Below the pieces are notes generated by a model that did not search any database, was not told where the DNA came from, and saw only the letters and a program-made list of their open reading frames with translations. From an uncultured Pirellulaceae bacterium (GTDB lineage Bacteria > Planctomycetota > Planctomycetia > Pirellulales > Pirellulaceae), in assembly GCA_964443915.1 (NCBI GenBank), contig CAYUFW010000069.1, positions 1 through 28,969 of the forward strand: 28,969 nucleotides of DNA, given 5' to 3'. Positions within the stretch are counted from its first letter, which is position 1. Each line of letters starts with the position of its first letter. A program made the position numbers and the translations under genes. Positions 26,361 through 28,969 of the stretch are shown one piece after another.

Positions 26361-27074
26361 ATGGCCGGTCGATCTACTAGAAGTCTGCCGGGAGTGTTCT
26401 TTTTCATCCCCTTCCGAAAGGGAGATTCCGGGACGGCTGTTGAGACCCTGCCGTTCAATCTCGTTTCGAAGCCTGACGATGATTTCCGGACCAAGTCAGC
26501 CGCCGGACGTCAAGAGACACCGACAGACGAGTTCTTTCCTGTATCGTCAACTAGACCGAGTGACCAAATCCTCGAAGAAGTGCTCGATGTTGACGCGCCG
26601 AGGTTGCCTCGCCGGATTCCCCAAGCCCAAGTGCTCGGAGACGCTGCCAGACGGCTTTCGTCGCCAGAGTATTTGGCGGCCAAGCGTCGCCGTCAATCGG
26701 CAACAATCGCGGATTTGGTCCGGGAGCTTGCCAGACATGCCGAGGGTCCGGACTTCCCCGTCTGGACGCACGCCGCACTGCAAGAATTGCGTTCGTTGAT
26801 TGAGTATTTGTCGGACGCCGAGCAGTTCTCGGACTGCCCGCACGAAGGAAACAGTTGTGAAATCCTGAGGCAGATTCGCGATACGTTCCTGAATGTGGGC
26901 TGGGAGCATTATCGAAAGAGCGAAGTGCGCAACCGCGTAGCGGCTATCCTCACGCGTCTAGCACAAGCTGACGAGGTCACCGCCGAAGACGCCGAACTCA
27001 CGATGGACCAACTGCTGGAACTGGGCCTCGATCCGGCGGTGGGGCTGCAGCTTTCGTATGACCAGGAAGACTGA
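26361..27074 (+). CDS. Hypothetical protein (237 aa) with an acidic helical C-terminus
   Basis: ATG 26361 lies 2 nt after the upstream TAG. The C-terminus is AEDAELTMDQLLELGLDPAVGLQLSYDQED. The 3' end overlaps the next gene by 17 nt. Confidence 0.5.
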   Translation: MAGRSTRSLPGVFFFIPFRKGDSGTAVETLPFNLVSKPDDDFRTKSAAGRQETPTDEFFPVSSTRPSDQILEEVLDVDAPRLPRRIPQAQVLGDAARRLSSPEYLAAKRRRQSATIADLVRELARHAEGPDFPVWTHAALQELRSLIEYLSDAEQFSDCPHEGNSCEILRQIRDTFLNVGWEHYRKSEVRNRVAAILTRLAQADEVTAEDAELTMDQLLELGLDPAVGLQLSYDQED

Positions 27075-27873
27075 GAATCTCACCTATGTGGTTGAAACGT
27101 CGGCAGTACCTGTGTCCCTTTTCGAATCGACGCCAGCACACTGCCGGTATTTTGGCGAAGTAGTAGCCGATGGCGACCTGCATACTTCGGTCTACATACG
27201 GAAGGAGTTCATTCGGCGTTGGGTACTCACCTACATCCGAATGGCGTTCACCACGGACCATTTTCCAGATCTCGCCGGTGCCCTGCTTCATCTGAATCAA
27301 GACTTCGGAATTCGAGATGTGAAGACGCAGAACCATGCCATCGCGATACTCTTGAAGCAAAAAGGAGCGATCAGCAACTCCCGCTCTGCAGCGATGGAGC
27401 TCGGTCGCTTGGCGGTCGCGGAGCTGAAGAAGTTCGACCGACGATTCCGAGCGAGGATTCCGAATCTATCAGGCTGTCTGATCGGTGATCAGCCGCTCAA
27501 GGTTGACTTCAACCGCCTTTTTGATGACCTTCGCGCGTTTGTCGCCTCCGTGGGGTCTACCGACGCGTGCGACGTCAATGAGTTCCTTGGTTTCGAGAGC
27601 AACGGAGTTGGTGCTCGCCTGCTCGATGTTCCTGAAGTTCAAGGCACGAAATCGGGGAAACAGCTCGCAACACTGCGGAACCAGAAGAAGCGCATTTCGT
27701 GCAGGGAGTGCGCCAAAATCGGCGACGCAGTCATTGCGTTAGAGCAACCGGAAGAGCATTCCCTGGTCCATATTGACAAGGACTTCGAGATTCTGTGCAT
27801 GGCGACAGGCCGACCGCACACGCCGATCCTCAGCGAACGCGCAATCGAAAAGCTCCGTCAAGAAGCACCTTAG
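27058..27873 (+). CDS. PIN-like domain protein (putative nuclease), 271 aa
   Basis: The N-terminal strand LTYVVETSAV resembles the first PIN motif, with E in place of D. The C-terminal IGDAVIALEQPEEHSLVHIDKDFEIL resembles the last PIN motifs (DxxIA...T.DxDF). The alternative start is GTG 27088. Confidence 0.45.
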   Translation: MTRKTENLTYVVETSAVPVSLFESTPAHCRYFGEVVADGDLHTSVYIRKEFIRRWVLTYIRMAFTTDHFPDLAGALLHLNQDFGIRDVKTQNHAIAILLKQKGAISNSRSAAMELGRLAVAELKKFDRRFRARIPNLSGCLIGDQPLKVDFNRLFDDLRAFVASVGSTDACDVNEFLGFESNGVGARLLDVPEVQGTKSGKQLATLRNQKKRISCRECAKIGDAVIALEQPEEHSLVHIDKDFEILCMATGRPHTPILSERAIEKLRQEAP

Positions 27874-27919
27874 CGACGTTGGTTCTGGGGGAGTGCCCAC
27901 CGCTGCAGCGGAATCAGCG

Positions 27920-28969
27920 TCAGAACCCGTCGTTGACCTGCCACTCGTCGAATACGCCCTCGCGTGCCGACCAGATCACCGCGCGGAGCAGCGTCTTTTC
28001 CAGGCCCTCGGTCCGTTCGGGGTGGGGGCTGAAGCAGGCTACGCGGCCTTGGCCATAGACGGCGGCGGCAATCGCCGTCTGGCCGAGCATGATGCCGGGA
28101 GGGGCGCCGTTGCGAGCGATCTCGGTCTCGAACTTGGCCAGCTCGTCGTAGTCCGGAACGTCGGGGTCCTCGGCCGGAGCGAGCAAGGGGCCCTGGTGAT
28201 AGTAGATCGCCAGACGCTGGCGTTCGACGCCGAGCAGTTCTCTGCCGCGCGGCGTCAGGCTGATGTCCACGTTGCCGAAGCCGCGATTCCAGTGTTCACG
28301 GTCGACAACCTTCGCATCGAGCAACCGCAACGACCAATCGTAATCGCACGTCGCAAGATACGCGCCGGCGCAGATGCCGACGTAGCCCCCGCCGCGCTGG
28401 ACGAACTCGCGGATTTGCCGGCGGCCTTCCGGGCCGAGCGAGTGGCCCTGCTGGCTTCCGCTGCCGCCGGGATGAACGAGGACCTTGACGGCGGCCACTT
28501 TCCCTTGGCGAATTTCGTCGGCCGTGATGTCCCGGAGCTTCAGTCGCGGCTGCTGCGAGAGCACGGCCGCCAGCGCGCTGCGGCTCTTGTTGCTCGCCCC
28601 CACGCCCGTGTAGATCGCGACTTCGATGGGCTCGGGCAGCTGACAATCGAGGTACCTGAGCGCATAGTCGGCAAGCGCGTCCGCCAAGACGGTGGCGGTC
28701 GCGAGGCGGCGGGCCGGTGAACGGTAGTTGGCGCCGAATTCCAGTTGGACGGCGTCGATGCCAAAGTCGGCCTGCCTGCCGTACCGCTGGACGATGTACC
28801 CGCCGGTGAAGCCCGGCTGCTCGCGGCCGTCGAACGGGTCGGGATGGACCGTCCAGCCGCGGCGTTTCAATTGCCCCCACAGACTCGCTTCGCCCGTGTG
28901 CGCCGCTTCCCCAAACCGCTGCCGGAGCGCGGCCACCGTCGCGCCGTTCTTCGTGCCGCGAAACACGGT
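27920..28969 (-). CDS. Partial CDS (5' end outside the window): N-formylglutamate-amidohydrolase-like region fused to a BPL_N / class-I glutamine-amidotransferase-like domain
   Basis: GGYIVQRYGRQADFGIDAVQLEFGANY is FGase-like. VLVHPGGSGSQQGHSLGPEGRRQIREFVQRGGGYVGICAGAYLA is GATase-like/BPL_N-like. The frame is open to the window edge. Confidence 0.6.
   Translation of the reverse strand, partial: TVFRGTKNGATVAALRQRFGEAAHTGEASLWGQLKRRGWTVHPDPFDGREQPGFTGGYIVQRYGRQADFGIDAVQLEFGANYRSPARRLATATVLADALADYALRYLDCQLPEPIEVAIYTGVGASNKSRSALAAVLSQQPRLKLRDITADEIRQGKVAAVKVLVHPGGSGSQQGHSLGPEGRRQIREFVQRGGGYVGICAGAYLATCDYDWSLRLLDAKVVDREHWNRGFGNVDISLTPRGRELLGVERQRLAIYYHQGPLLAPAEDPDVPDYDELAKFETEIARNGAPPGIMLGQTAIAAAVYGQGRVACFSPHPERTEGLEKTLLRAVIWSAREGVFDEWQVNDGF

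Noticed and set aside
27874-27919. Palindrome ccgctgcagcgg between the convergent genes, as a possible terminator
   Set aside because: It is a 12-bp palindrome with no loop and no U-tract, which is too weak to call.
1-28969. Search for CRISPR arrays, rRNA or tRNA genes, transposases, integrases and reverse transcriptases
   Set aside because: I saw no regularly spaced direct repeats, no conserved rRNA or tRNA structure, and no DDE, tyrosine/serine-recombinase or RT motifs in any frame. Mobility of the two accessory regions therefore cannot be attributed to an element inside this window.

Overview
High-GC window (about 65% in spot counts) with Planctomycetota-like housekeeping genes; the phylum call is an inference. 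These genes are an ADP-forming acetate-CoA ligase, a heparinase II/III-like protein, BatA_N/VWA membrane proteins, an ABC-2 permease, a LysR regulator and a ceramidase-like protein. Two accessory regions interrupt them.

(1) 2.9-13.2 kb looks like a rearranged type-3 BREX locus. The brxF-like gene is cut off after 67 codons, exactly where an incoming minus-strand PD-(D/E)xK nuclease gene ends. No brxC is present, and the DUF1156-type methylase (pglXI-like) survives only as two fragments on opposite strands. The replaced segment has lower GC. It carries a controller (C-protein) HTH gene with a C-box-like palindrome and an apparently leaderless promoter, plus a second PD-(D/E)xK protein. Downstream, five tightly coupled genes are intact: a PD-(D/E)xK-like protein, a 271-aa unknown protein, a Ski2/Hel308-like DEAH helicase, PglZ and a BrxA-like protein. 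This block has no methyltransferase and is the best candidate for an undescribed, possibly methylation-independent, PglZ-based defence module.

(2) 25.4-27.9 kb is a low-GC island of three genes (unknown, acidic helical protein, PIN-like protein) with its own sigma70-like promoter, wedged between high-GC genes.

No rRNA, tRNA, CRISPR array, transposase or integrase was found. Many long ORFs in the track are antisense shadow ORFs typical of high-GC DNA. All family assignments come from motif reading and recall, not from searches.
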